Source: a virus
Virus record (IMG/VR): IMGVR_UViG_3300035695_000001
Coordinates: 32,001 to 96,000 of that record
Length of the DNA: 64,000 nucleotides
Direction: 5' to 3' (one strand)
Shown here piece by piece: positions 1 to 9,069 of this stretch. The translations under genes were made by a program, and so were the position numbers. Numbering within the stretch: position 1 is the stretch's first letter; each line of letters opens with the position of its first letter. The notes below the pieces were generated by a model, which saw only the letters and a program-made list of their open reading frames with translations, made no database searches and had not been told where the DNA came from.

Positions 1-39
1 ACAGGCGCCAACGCCGTCGTCACGACCCCGAACGCTGGC

Positions 40-489
40 GTGATGATCGACCTCCTCGGGCCTGGCATCCACACCGAGGCGGTGCTTCTGAGCCGCGACG
101 AGTGGAAGCACGTCAAGCGCCTTTACGGGTACACCCCAGAGAAGCCCACCCCCAAGCCTCCGGAGCCCGTCGACCCGGGCCCGGATGCGTCCTGGGAGGC
201 CCAGCACAAGTACAACGACGCCAAGCGGGCCTGGGATCGCTGGGAGGACCCGCGCCCCATGATGCAGGCCGGCGCCGACCGCAACGCCCTCCGGCACGCA
301 GCCTGCGACGGGATGCGCCTCCTCGCCTGGATCGCCAAGCACGTCGAGCCGGGAGAGGACCCGCTCAAGACCCTGGTCCAGATGGCCATCGGGGCTGGCT
401 TCGACGTCGACCCGGAGGACTACGGCTGGGCGACCAGCGTGCAGGACGAGGAGACCGCCGACGAGGCGGAGGAAGCGGAAGTGGCGTGA
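40..489 (+). CDS. hypothetical protein (start uncertain, may lie upstream)
   Basis: ORF with coding-like codon usage; stop overlaps next ATG. Confidence 0.7.
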   Translation: MMIDLLGPGIHTEAVLLSRDEWKHVKRLYGYTPEKPTPKPPEPVDPGPDASWEAQHKYNDAKRAWDRWEDPRPMMQAGADRNALRHAACDGMRLLAWIAKHVEPGEDPLKTLVQMAIGAGFDVDPEDYGWATSVQDEETADEAEEAEVA

Positions 490-746
490 TGGCGATCAAG
501 TTCGAGAAGATCGAGGCCGGCATGCGCCTCAGCGACGTCCATTCCCAGCGCATGGGCAACGCCAGCATGAGCCGTCTCGACTGCTGGCCCGTGGACGTGA
601 TCTCCGTCGACCAGACGAAGCGGACGGCCCTCGTGCGCTGGAACGGGAACACGGCCCAGACGTGGGACGCGCGCCGTCTGGAGAAACTCTACCGCGAGGA
701 CAAGTTGCCGAAAGCGTACAGAGACCAGGAGGCGCGGGGCCGATGA
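489..746 (+). CDS. hypothetical protein (MAIKFEKIEAG...)
   Basis: TGATG overlap with upstream gene, ATGA overlap downstream. Confidence 0.7.
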   Translation: MAIKFEKIEAGMRLSDVHSQRMGNASMSRLDCWPVDVISVDQTKRTALVRWNGNTAQTWDARRLEKLYREDKLPKAYRDQEARGR

Positions 747-1279
747 CCGAGCCCATCGACGAGAGGACCGCCAAGGATCGCGTGCTCGCCTTCGTGGCGT
801 TCCGGTTCGGAGCCGTGCAGACGCCAGGCACCATCGGCGCCGACATCGGCAAGGCGGCTCGGGCCAAGGGGCTGTCCACGCCGCTGGCGGACTACCTGGA
901 GACCATCGCCCGCCGGCACGAGATGATCGCCAGAGCCTTCCGCTTGGCGGTCCGGGCAGCGAACGGGGAGAGCATCGAGACCCTCTGCAAGGTCTCGCTG
1001 GACGAGGACTGGGCCACCCCTACGGCCGCCCACCGGAGCGCTGGCGAGGTGCTCATCGACATCCGCAACCTCCTCGGGCTGAAGGATGGCGAGTCGACCG
1101 TCGATGCCGTGCGGGCGGCGCTATCCAAGTCCGAGGACTCCGCCGACTGGCGCAGAGTGGCCGTGGAGTGCCTCTGGCGCCTGGACCTGATCGGCTGGAA
1201 GGTCGAGCCGTCCCTGCCAAGGGTGAAGCCGGAGAGCGACGCAGAGCCTCCGCATGCGCTGGTCAGGAGAGCCCCGTGA
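743..1279 (+). CDS. hypothetical protein
   Basis: AGGAGG upstream, ATGA-coupled. Confidence 0.7.
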   Translation: MTEPIDERTAKDRVLAFVAFRFGAVQTPGTIGADIGKAARAKGLSTPLADYLETIARRHEMIARAFRLAVRAANGESIETLCKVSLDEDWATPTAAHRSAGEVLIDIRNLLGLKDGESTVDAVRAALSKSEDSADWRRVAVECLWRLDLIGWKVEPSLPRVKPESDAEPPHALVRRAP

Positions 1280-1626
1280 CGCGCTGGAAGACCAGCCGCC
1301 CCGAGCGACCGTGGAACGGTGGGATCCGGGAGGCTGCCACCATCGTCGACGGGAAGAGGAACATCCTCGGCGGAGTCATCCGGGCCAGCAACGCCAAGGT
1401 CTGGACGGCCTGGGTCAGGACCACTGACGCGGGGAGGCAGACCCCCGAGATCGGGACCTACAAGCGCCGCTGCGACGCCAAGGTGGCCGTCGAGGTGTCA
1501 CTCGATGGTGCCCGCCGCAAGGAAACCGCCCGCAAGGAAGCCGTGCTCGCGCTCCTCGACGATCAAGAGAAGGCCCGCGCTCGCTTCTATGCGACCGGCA
1601 AGCACCCATGGGAGAAGAACGCATGA
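1276..1626 (+). CDS. hypothetical protein
   Basis: AGGAG RBS, GTGA overlap. Confidence 0.65.
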   Translation: MTRWKTSRPERPWNGGIREAATIVDGKRNILGGVIRASNAKVWTAWVRTTDAGRQTPEIGTYKRRCDAKVAVEVSLDGARRKETARKEAVLALLDDQEKARARFYATGKHPWEKNA

Positions 1627-2099
1627 CCGACGAGACCCTGTACCCGTGCGACTTCGTCGAGTGCCCGTCCTGTCGTGATGGGAAGCGCGGCGCGGCGACG
1701 TGCTGCTTCTGCAACGGCACTGCGAAGTTGCTGGCCCCGCTCTGCGCGGTCTGCGCAGAGACCCCGAGCCAGTGCCGTTGCCCCATCCCGTGCGGCAAGG
1801 GCTGCGCGATCGTCCACGGACGCCAGAGCGGGCCATGTGGGGCGCCAGCCGTCGGACTGATCCAGCCAGAGGACTGGAGTAGCCTCCTTCTCCTGTTCGA
1901 TCCCATCCACACCCTCGACGACGCATTCCGGTGCGCGAAGCACCTTCCTGGTTTCGGTGACGCGCCGTTCGAGCGTTTCGACGCCAGCGAGGAATCCACG
2001 CTCGGTCACCTGCGCCGCTACATCATCGACGAGACGAACTGGAAGCCGTGGGGGGTCGGACGACTATGGCAGGTCGCGCCGGAAGAGAGGCGACGATGA
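1623..2099 (+). CDS. Cys-rich zinc-binding protein
   Basis: Multiple CxxC pairs (CPSC, CCFCNG, CAVC); ATGA-coupled. Confidence 0.65.
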   Translation: MTDETLYPCDFVECPSCRDGKRGAATCCFCNGTAKLLAPLCAVCAETPSQCRCPIPCGKGCAIVHGRQSGPCGAPAVGLIQPEDWSSLLLLFDPIHTLDDAFRCAKHLPGFGDAPFERFDASEESTLGHLRRYIIDETNWKPWGVGRLWQVAPEERRR

Positions 2100-2785
2100 G
2101 CCGCTTCCTCGACATCCTGCGCAAGCAGTACCCGCTCCCTGCCTACGCCGTCTTCGCCGAGGTCCGGTCCGCCACTGGGGCCGTCGATGGCCCGCGGTAC
2201 GGGGACTACGTCGTCGTGGCCCTGCTCCCCTCCGGCAGGGGGCAGATCATCCTCCTCGAAGAGAAGGCGTCCAAGGGCGACTATGGGCGCGAGATCAGGG
2301 CACCCGAGAAGTCCGAGGAGATCGGCCGGTTCTGCACGGAGCGCTACTTCATCGTCCAGGCCCCGAGGAAGAACGTGATCCCGGACCTGGACCGGGTCCC
2401 CCACCCGTGGGGGCTGCTGGAGGTAGGGGCCGGTGGGATCGTCGAGGTCCGCGAAGCCGTGAAGGTGGAGCCGGCCTGCGAACCGTCTGCTGGCTTCATG
2501 CGCTCGCTGCTCCGGGCCGCCGTCGTCCAGGGTGAGGCTGGCTCCGGCGAGCACGAGAGCACCATCGGCCGGCACCTCGGCGGCAACAGGTACGCGCTCG
2601 GCTGCGGGCACTCCGCCACCATCGGCGTCAAGGCGTCCAAGATGCCGAAGAAGTGGCCATGCCTCCACTGCGCGGCGGGGGACAAGACGGACGAGGAGAT
2701 CGTCGAGGCAGCGATCGACGACGCGGAGCCGGAGCAACTGCGGCGCTGGGCGGAGAAGATCGAACGGATGCGAGGTGGGGCGTGA
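2096..2785 (+). CDS. MmcB-like PD-(D/E)xK nuclease with C-terminal Zn ribbon
   Basis: FAEV...D...LEEKASKGDYGREI...PEK pattern; LGCGH...CLHC. Confidence 0.6.
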   Translation: MSRFLDILRKQYPLPAYAVFAEVRSATGAVDGPRYGDYVVVALLPSGRGQIILLEEKASKGDYGREIRAPEKSEEIGRFCTERYFIVQAPRKNVIPDLDRVPHPWGLLEVGAGGIVEVREAVKVEPACEPSAGFMRSLLRAAVVQGEAGSGEHESTIGRHLGGNRYALGCGHSATIGVKASKMPKKWPCLHCAAGDKTDEEIVEAAIDDAEPEQLRRWAEKIERMRGGA

Positions 2786-3636
2786 AAAAGGATCGGGCAA
2801 AAGCCATCCTGGACGCTGCTGACGAGTCAGGCGTGCCAGTGGCGTCGCTCGTCCCTGTAGCCCCATCAGGCCGGCTCGCTGTCGCCACGCCACCACAGGC
2901 GAAGCCGAAGAAGAATGGCCCGGCGCGCCGCACGGTGGTCAAGCGGGTGACCGACGAGCGGAGCGGCATCACCGTGGACGTCGTGCTCGACGCACAGACG
3001 GGCCTCTTCGAGGCCAAGGTCCCCGGCTACCCGACGACGATCTTGGGGCCTGACTTCGCCACGGTCGTGGCCGAGACGGAGCGCATCCTACGCGCTGCGC
3101 AGGAGTACCAGTGGAAGCCGTCGATCGTGGTCGATGTGGGCCGCGACGGTGGTTTCTGGGCCGAGGACCGTCCGGGCCGACCTAATGACGACGTGCGCCA
3201 CACGCACCTCCAACGAGGCGGGTGCGTGGTCGACGTCACGGAGGCGGCGCTTGCCATGCGGTACTACCGCGTGGAGATCGCTCCGAAGCCTGGCGACCCG
3301 GCAAGGTTCGTCTGCCGACCGCACATGGAAGACGTGGAAGCCGAAGACGCAGGCAAGGAGTCGTGGGTGCCGAAGCATGCAACGCTGCATCGCGAGAAGG
3401 GCCACGACGTCGGCGACTTCCTGGAGCGCTCCAGCGCCGTCGTGATGCCCTACACGCCAGAACTATGGGCTGCCGTGGAGCAAGCCGCGGAAGACGTGCT
3501 CGCGGTGGGCAAGCGACTCCGCGAACTGGTCAAGCGCCCGGACCTACTGGCCAAGGTTGGCTCGCGCCTGCTCCTCGCCAGCGCACCGGACACCATCCCG
3601 GCCCTGCCCGCACCAGACCAGGAGGGTGAAGCATGA
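2782..3636 (+). CDS. hypothetical protein
   Basis: GTGA overlap, long ORF within operon. Confidence 0.75.
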   Translation: MKKDRAKAILDAADESGVPVASLVPVAPSGRLAVATPPQAKPKKNGPARRTVVKRVTDERSGITVDVVLDAQTGLFEAKVPGYPTTILGPDFATVVAETERILRAAQEYQWKPSIVVDVGRDGGFWAEDRPGRPNDDVRHTHLQRGGCVVDVTEAALAMRYYRVEIAPKPGDPARFVCRPHMEDVEAEDAGKESWVPKHATLHREKGHDVGDFLERSSAVVMPYTPELWAAVEQAAEDVLAVGKRLRELVKRPDLLAKVGSRLLLASAPDTIPALPAPDQEGEA

Positions 3637-4091
3637 AGGTCTGGCTCATCGGCGAGAGCAACCCGTACCAGACCCCGGAGAGCGACCCGGAGCACCACTT
3701 CGCCCTCTACCCGGATCCGCCCAACTCCGCCGGTGGTCGACTCTGTCGGGCGCTCAAACTGCCAGACGCCGAGTACCTGAAGCGGTACCAGCGGAGGAAC
3801 CTGCTCCACACCGTCAAGTGGTCGGTGCCGGCCGCGCGTCGAGCCGCTGCCACCATCCTCGGTGCCGTGGCCGAGAGGGACGCCGTCGTGCTCCTCGGGG
3901 CGAAGGTCGCGGCAGCGTTCGGGGTCCCGTTCGACGTGCTCAAGACCCACCAGCGGCTGGTCCACGGCGAGGTGCTCTACACGCTGCTCGTCGTCCCTCA
4001 CCCGAGCGGACTGTCCCGCCTATGGAACCAGCGATCGATGCGAGAACGGGTGGTAGAGGCCATCCTGCGCCTCGACTCGGTGGCTACATGA
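3633..4091 (+). CDS. uracil-DNA glycosylase superfamily protein
   Basis: N-terminal LIGESNP, SAGGRL, VVLLG and C-terminal VPHPSG motifs. Confidence 0.7.
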   Translation: MKVWLIGESNPYQTPESDPEHHFALYPDPPNSAGGRLCRALKLPDAEYLKRYQRRNLLHTVKWSVPAARRAAATILGAVAERDAVVLLGAKVAAAFGVPFDVLKTHQRLVHGEVLYTLLVVPHPSGLSRLWNQRSMRERVVEAILRLDSVAT

Positions 4092-4342
4092 GCCGCGCGC
4101 TCTCCGAGCGCCTGGCCTGGCTCCTGGAACTGGCCCCGCCGCTGCCCTCTGAGCCAGAGGAGCCTCCGCCTCCTCCCGCTCCATCCCCGCCGCCGTCTGC
4201 TCCCCGCGTCTCGCTGCCAGTGGCCTGCCCTGCGCTCGGCGAGATCACCTCTACGACCTGCATCGACACCCAGGACGCTGGGAGGGTGAAGGCGTGCCGT
4301 GGCTGCGTGGTCGGGCGATCCGTCGTAGGGCTCGACCCATGA
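4088..4342 (+). CDS. small Pro-rich/Cys-motif protein
   Basis: ATGA-coupled; CPALGEI...C...ACRGC. Confidence 0.55.
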   Translation: MSRALSERLAWLLELAPPLPSEPEEPPPPPAPSPPPSAPRVSLPVACPALGEITSTTCIDTQDAGRVKACRGCVVGRSVVGLDP

Positions 4343-4584
4343 GCAAGCGCCTCCACGACCATCGGTCGGTGGCGATGGCCGGCGGGATGATCCTCCTCGA
4401 CCAGGACGAGTTGCGCCGAGCCCCCATCGAGGGCCTGGTCAGGCTCGCCCAGTTCATGGGCCTCCGAGTCCACGGGTCGAAGGCCATGCCTGGCGCGTAC
4501 CGGCACGCTCTCGTCCAAGCGATCATGCGCGAGGAAAAACGGCTGGCCCGAGCACCGAAGGCCAAGCGGCACGACACTGTCTAA
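4339..4584 (+). CDS. hypothetical protein
   Basis: ATGA-coupled ORF. Confidence 0.55.
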   Translation: MSKRLHDHRSVAMAGGMILLDQDELRRAPIEGLVRLAQFMGLRVHGSKAMPGAYRHALVQAIMREEKRLARAPKAKRHDTV

Positions 4585-4608
4585 CAGTGCTGGGCCGTGC
4601 TAGACAGT
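4576..4608. promoter_or_regulatory. ACTGTCTA(A)CA-N11-TGCTAGACAGT inverted element
   Basis: Copy of the recurrent motif, just upstream of the 4629 ATG. Confidence 0.7.
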
Positions 4609-4628
4609 CACCAGGAACGGAGGAGACC

Positions 4629-4952
4629 ATGCAGGAACACACCGGAGCGATCGTGCCGCTGGCCAGCATCCACACCGCGATGGAGGCAGCGCAGGAAGCC
4701 TACCGAGCGCGGGCGGAGCACCTCGCCCGACAGGTGGCAGACGGGAAGATGACGCGCGAGGAGGCGGAGCGGCTTACGGTCGCCGCCGCCACCACAGCGG
4801 CCGAAGCGCTGGCGGCGTCGGAGCGCTACGTCGAGATCCCCGGAGCCGACATGCCCAAGGTGCAGGGCATGAACCGGCACGAGCGTCGCGCGTGGGCCGC
4901 TCAGCAACGGGGCAAGACTCGGAGAGCAGCGAAGGGCAAGGTGCCCGCGTGA
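4629..4952 (+). CDS. hypothetical protein
   Basis: Strong GGAGGAG RBS; NRHERRA motif common in phage proteins. Confidence 0.75.
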   Translation: MQEHTGAIVPLASIHTAMEAAQEAYRARAEHLARQVADGKMTREEAERLTVAAATTAAEALAASERYVEIPGADMPKVQGMNRHERRAWAAQQRGKTRRAAKGKVPA

Positions 4953-5674
4953 GACCCAAGACGTCCGACAAGACGTGCCTCTCCTACTGGTTCCCGAAGC
5001 TCGCGGCGTCCGGCGTGCTCGTCCCGCCGACCAGGATCGTGACGACCGAGGACGAACTGGTCGTGCTCGACGACGGGGAGACGCCGCCGCACTGGACGAC
5101 CTTCCTGGCTGGGCTTCGGAACGCGGCCGACGAGGTCGGAGGCTACCCTGTCTTCCTCCGCACCGGCCACGGGAGCGGCAAGCACGACTGGCTGGAGACG
5201 TGCTTCGTGCCGTTTCCAGAAGTCTTCGGACAGCATGTCTACGCCATCGTGGTGTGGAGCAACATCGTCGACATGATGGGGCTGCCCACCAACGTCTGGG
5301 CGGTCCGCAAGATGCTGCCCATGCTGTCGACGTTCACGGCCTTCGGTGGCTTCCCAGTGAACAAGGAGCGCCGGTACTTCATCGAGTCCGGCAAGGTCCG
5401 CTGTCACCACCCGTACTGGCCGCCGTACTCGATCGATGGGCACACCGCCGAGCCGGACTGGCAGGCGAAACTCGCAGCGCTGAACGAGGAGACGCCCGAC
5501 GAGGTCGCCCTGCTCACGAGGCTCTCGGAACAGGTGGCGCGCGCATTCGACGGTGACGGCGCATGGTCGCTCGACTGGGCTCAGACCCGGGACGGCGACT
5601 GGTACGCGATCGACATGGCCGAGATGCACCGCTCTTACCACTGGCCAAACTGCCCGGCGCAGCGGCCCGCCTGA
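4949..5674 (+). CDS. ATP-grasp fold protein (R2K/Cdc123-like)
   Basis: PVFLRT..GSGKH, VRKML, ERRYFI, WSLD...WYAID pattern. Confidence 0.65.
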   Translation: MRPKTSDKTCLSYWFPKLAASGVLVPPTRIVTTEDELVVLDDGETPPHWTTFLAGLRNAADEVGGYPVFLRTGHGSGKHDWLETCFVPFPEVFGQHVYAIVVWSNIVDMMGLPTNVWAVRKMLPMLSTFTAFGGFPVNKERRYFIESGKVRCHHPYWPPYSIDGHTAEPDWQAKLAALNEETPDEVALLTRLSEQVARAFDGDGAWSLDWAQTRDGDWYAIDMAEMHRSYHWPNCPAQRPA

Positions 5675-5698
5675 CCCCACACCTACCACGGAGACCAC

Positions 5699-6664
5699 AT
5701 GACTATCCCCATGGTCGCGCTGCTGAACGTCAAGACCATCGTCTGCCACAAGGACTGCCCGGATGGCGTAGCCAGCGCACTCATCCTGCGCGACGTCTTC
5801 CCGGACGCTCGTGTCTGCTTCGTCCAGCATGGGACGGCGGAGTTGTGTGACTTCCCCGCCGAGCCAGGCCAACTCTGGTGCGACATCGTCCCGCCACGCG
5901 ATCGCGCCCAGAGTTTCGTCACGGCCGGCGCCATCGTGCTCGACCACCACAAGGGCGCAGCCTACATCGTGGCCCTGTTCGGGGACCGCGGGGTCTTCGC
6001 CGACGAGAATGCCGAGCCTGGGGTGAGCGGGGCCATGCTCGCCTTCCGTGAGGTGTGGCGGCGCGTGTGCCAGCCCTCCGCGACCGAGAGCGAGTGGATG
6101 GTGGTCCAGGACTTCGCAACCCTCGCCGGCATCCGGGACACCTGGCAGCGCCAGAGCCCGCGCTGGGAGGATGCGTGCGCCCAGGCTGCCGCGCTCCGCT
6201 TCTGGCCCGTCGGCGACATCCTCCGCCCGCTGCCCGACGGCAGGACCGACTGGCCCAACGTCGCCCGCAAGATGGAGATCGGCCCGGTGCTCATCGCCAA
6301 GGACAGAGAGCGCGACGACAGGACCATCTCGGAGGCGCTGCGCTTCGAGGAAGGTGGCGTCCGCGTCCTCTGCTTCGAGGGGCACCACACCTCAGACATC
6401 TCCGATCGCCTCTGGGCTGAGATCGACCTCGTCATGGGCTGGCGGTACTACGTCGATGCCGGCGCGCCCAAAGTCGCTTTCTCGCTCCGGTCGCGCGGTG
6501 GGTTCTCCGCGGCCGACTTCGCCAAGCGCTTCGGTGGCGGTGGGCACACACAGGCGGCTGGGTTCACGCTCGACCTCCCTAGCGTCAGGGTCCCGCCCCT
6601 CTCAGCCGACCCGTACTCGGCCGCCGTCGACCTTCTGCGTCTCCATCTCGCTGGGGGCCGCTGA
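5699..6664 (+). CDS. DHH/DHHA1 phosphoesterase
   Basis: HKDCPDG, LDHH, SGA, RDTW, FSLRS, FGGGGH.QAAGF motifs. Confidence 0.9.
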   Translation: MTIPMVALLNVKTIVCHKDCPDGVASALILRDVFPDARVCFVQHGTAELCDFPAEPGQLWCDIVPPRDRAQSFVTAGAIVLDHHKGAAYIVALFGDRGVFADENAEPGVSGAMLAFREVWRRVCQPSATESEWMVVQDFATLAGIRDTWQRQSPRWEDACAQAAALRFWPVGDILRPLPDGRTDWPNVARKMEIGPVLIAKDRERDDRTISEALRFEEGGVRVLCFEGHHTSDISDRLWAEIDLVMGWRYYVDAGAPKVAFSLRSRGGFSAADFAKRFGGGGHTQAAGFTLDLPSVRVPPLSADPYSAAVDLLRLHLAGGR

Positions 6665-6850
6665 AGCGGCCTTACGCCTCCGTGCCTCGACCCCTAGCCG
6701 GCTGATCCGCTGGTAGTGCGCTCGTCCCTTCCGCTTCGTCGCAGCCCCACCAGCCTGGCGTCCACGCTCCGCCTCGTCCGGGTAGAAGGCAGGCTCGTCC
6801 GACGCGAGGATCTGGGCCGCCCGCACCCGTCCCCCTTTCTCCTTCTTCAA
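6602..6850 (-). CDS. small KGG/GsiB-like stress peptide
   Basis: TTG start overlapping endolysin stop; ERGRQAGGAATKRKGRAHYQRISRLG resembles KGG repeat. Confidence 0.4.
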   Translation of the reverse strand: MKKEKGGRVRAAQILASDEPAFYPDEAERGRQAGGAATKRKGRAHYQRISRLGVEARRRKAASAAPSEMETQKVDGGRVRVG

Positions 6851-7521
6851 GACGCTGCCCCGCCATGGCAAGCGATCGGGATCTCCCGGAACCGGCTCAA
6901 GTCCACGCTGGCCCCGACCCCGGCGACGCGGCCGTGCCCGGTGAACTGCCACCCCACTACCTGCGGGTCCTCGCCCCACGCTCCCCATGGCTTGCAGACG
7001 GCTGGGGCGAGCGACGAGTAGGACGCCACCCAGAGCCGGTACCTCGTCAACTCTTGGTGGGCCGCCATGCCCATGCCCGCCGAGACCCAGGCCGCCGAGT
7101 AGAGGATGGGCGGCTCGCCGACGTCCTGCTCGACCAGGGCCAGGAACTTGAGCAGCGCACCGACGGTGGGGAACTTCCCCTGCGACCCGACGGAGCGCTC
7201 CACGTCCACCATCGGCACCAGCATCGGCCCGTCCCACCCGTCGTCGGCGATGTGGAGCTGCCGGAGGAAGTTGTCCGCCTGCGCCTCGGGTTCGGAGAAG
7301 GGCGAGTAGAAGTGGTAGCCCCGCACCGGGATCCCGACCACCCGAGCCGCCTTGACGTTGGCGATCCCGTTGGTGGTGACCGACCCAGGCCCAGCAGCCC
7401 CCTCGCTCAACTTGACCCACGCCGCGTCCACCTTGGGGACGTTGGCGGCGACGAGGGACCAGTCGGGGAGGCCCTGGCTCGGGCCGGTGTCCAGGATCAG
7501 GTGCGGTGCTTCGACGGGCAT
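6847..7521 (-). CDS. GH25 muramidase (endolysin)
   Basis: D.S..Q...DW, VKLSEG, GYHF, PMVDVE, LWVASY, WQFTG, VDL motifs. Confidence 0.9.
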   Translation of the reverse strand: MPVEAPHLILDTGPSQGLPDWSLVAANVPKVDAAWVKLSEGAAGPGSVTTNGIANVKAARVVGIPVRGYHFYSPFSEPEAQADNFLRQLHIADDGWDGPMLVPMVDVERSVGSQGKFPTVGALLKFLALVEQDVGEPPILYSAAWVSAGMGMAAHQELTRYRLWVASYSSLAPAVCKPWGAWGEDPQVVGWQFTGHGRVAGVGASVDLSRFREIPIACHGGAAS

Positions 7522-7539
7522 GCCGTCGAGCCTACCTCA

Positions 7540-8133
7540 TCATGGGAGGCTGTCGCGTACCAGGACGCAAGTGCTGCCGTAGTCTCTATGGCCGCGGTTG
7601 TGGGGAAACCCGGTGCCCTGCTGGATGAAGCCTGGCCCGTGCCTTGACGGGTCGTAGATCCCGACGTTCGGCACCCACCAGCCAGTCAAGCCAGCCAGCC
7701 CCGGAGGTGGTGGCCCTCGCCAGTGCTTGCCGGCGTTGGCGATCGGCCTGTCCCCGAGGTCCCCCAGCGCCGTGATGGCGGCGATGACGTGGGCGTCGTG
7801 CCGGTCGCACCAGTCCCTGCTCGACATCCTGGCGTCCCCTGGTACGCACCTCTGTGCCCGGAGGAAGGCGTCTGGGAGTGGGTACGCCTCCAACTCGGTG
7901 CCGGCCGCAGATGCGACCTCGTGGAGCAGTAGGATCTCCGCCGTCGTCGGGAGCCTCGCCCCGAGCCTCTCGGCGATGGCCAGTGCCTCGTCTGTGCTCA
8001 GGTGGGCGAGCCCTGGCCCGTTCGGCACGGGGTCCAGGAGCGGCGTTTGCGTGACCCACACCGACCCGAGCGGCACCCACGACGGGACGACGACGGCCTC
8101 GATGGGGGTAGCGTAAACGTCGGCCATGCTCAC
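7540..8133 (-). CDS. conserved hypothetical protein (AGKHW...GWW...IQ...HxDY)
   Basis: Coupled to upstream gene; RLPT motif and conserved-looking C-terminus. Confidence 0.7.
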   Translation of the reverse strand: MSMADVYATPIEAVVVPSWVPLGSVWVTQTPLLDPVPNGPGLAHLSTDEALAIAERLGARLPTTAEILLLHEVASAAGTELEAYPLPDAFLRAQRCVPGDARMSSRDWCDRHDAHVIAAITALGDLGDRPIANAGKHWRGPPPPGLAGLTGWWVPNVGIYDPSRHGPGFIQQGTGFPHNRGHRDYGSTCVLVRDSLP

Positions 8134-8747
8134 TCCGTCGCGGCGAACGCGCCCCGGCGGATCTGGACGAGGGGCTCCGACGCTTGCTCATGGAACTGGC
8201 AGGACGAGGCCACGTAGGTGCGGCACGTCGTCGGGCGCTTGTCGTACACCGTACAGGCGCTCGTCGATGGGTCGAGGAAGAGACAGCGGGGCCCGGTCTC
8301 CGTCGCCCCCTCTGGCCTGGCGGTGCCCTCGCCCGTCCACGGGACGAGGCGGATGTTGCCCACGAACCCGTCGATCCGTGGTCCCTCCGGGTAGAAGTCC
8401 ACGCCCCGCTCGGCGTCCTCCCGCCCGAGCCTCACCACGTCGTCGGCGTCGATCTGGACCTTGGTGTAGACCCCGCCACAGCAGGCGCTGGTGCAGCCCA
8501 CGCACTTGGGCTCACCCTTGAGGCTCTCGCGCTCCCGCACGTACCGGAGCCCCGCCTTGGCCAGGATGTTGAGGGCCTCCCGCATGTACTCGGGGAGCCT
8601 CTCGTCGATGGGGACGACCTCCTCGTAGAGGGTTGGGTTGGCCCCCTCCCCCACGGGGACGTGCAGGGTGACGGTGGCGGTGAGCGCCGTCGCGTCGAGG
8701 AGGATCGAGGAGAGCCAGCGGGGCTGAGCGTCGCGTAGGTCGGCCAT
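8130..8747 (-). CDS. YkgJ-family Cys-cluster (Zn/Fe-chelating) protein
   Basis: CVGCTSACC...CLFLD...CTVYDKRPTTCRTY. Confidence 0.85.
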   Translation of the reverse strand: MADLRDAQPRWLSSILLDATALTATVTLHVPVGEGANPTLYEEVVPIDERLPEYMREALNILAKAGLRYVRERESLKGEPKCVGCTSACCGGVYTKVQIDADDVVRLGREDAERGVDFYPEGPRIDGFVGNIRLVPWTGEGTARPEGATETGPRCLFLDPSTSACTVYDKRPTTCRTYVASSCQFHEQASEPLVQIRRGAFAATE

Positions 8748-8760
8748 GGCCCAGCCTACC

Positions 8761-9069
8761 TCAGCGCGGAGCCTCGCAGGCATCGACGGCCTGGCACGAC
8801 GTCGCCGAGGCCCGGCAGTCCATGTTGAGGCGGAGCATCCCCGAAGCGATGGCGTTGGTGAGCACGACCTCGCACGGCACCCCGGCGGGGGTCGGCTTGC
8901 CACCCTCGCAGCCGAGGATCCGGTAGTGCTCACAGACCGCGGCGACGCTGGCCTGGGGAGCGTCGCGCAACGGGGCGGGAGCCGTCGTCGACTGGTTGGA
9001 CGATGAGGACCGGCCTGACGAGCACGCCTCGATGACCAGCGCAGAGGCGAGGAGGATGGCGGGCTTCAC
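8761..9069 (-). CDS. small Cys-rich lipoprotein
   Basis: Signal peptide with IEAC lipobox-like end; six further Cys; GTGA overlap. Confidence 0.6.
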   Translation of the reverse strand: MKPAILLASALVIEACSSGRSSSSNQSTTAPAPLRDAPQASVAAVCEHYRILGCEGGKPTPAGVPCEVVLTNAIASGMLRLNMDCRASATSCQAVDACEAPR

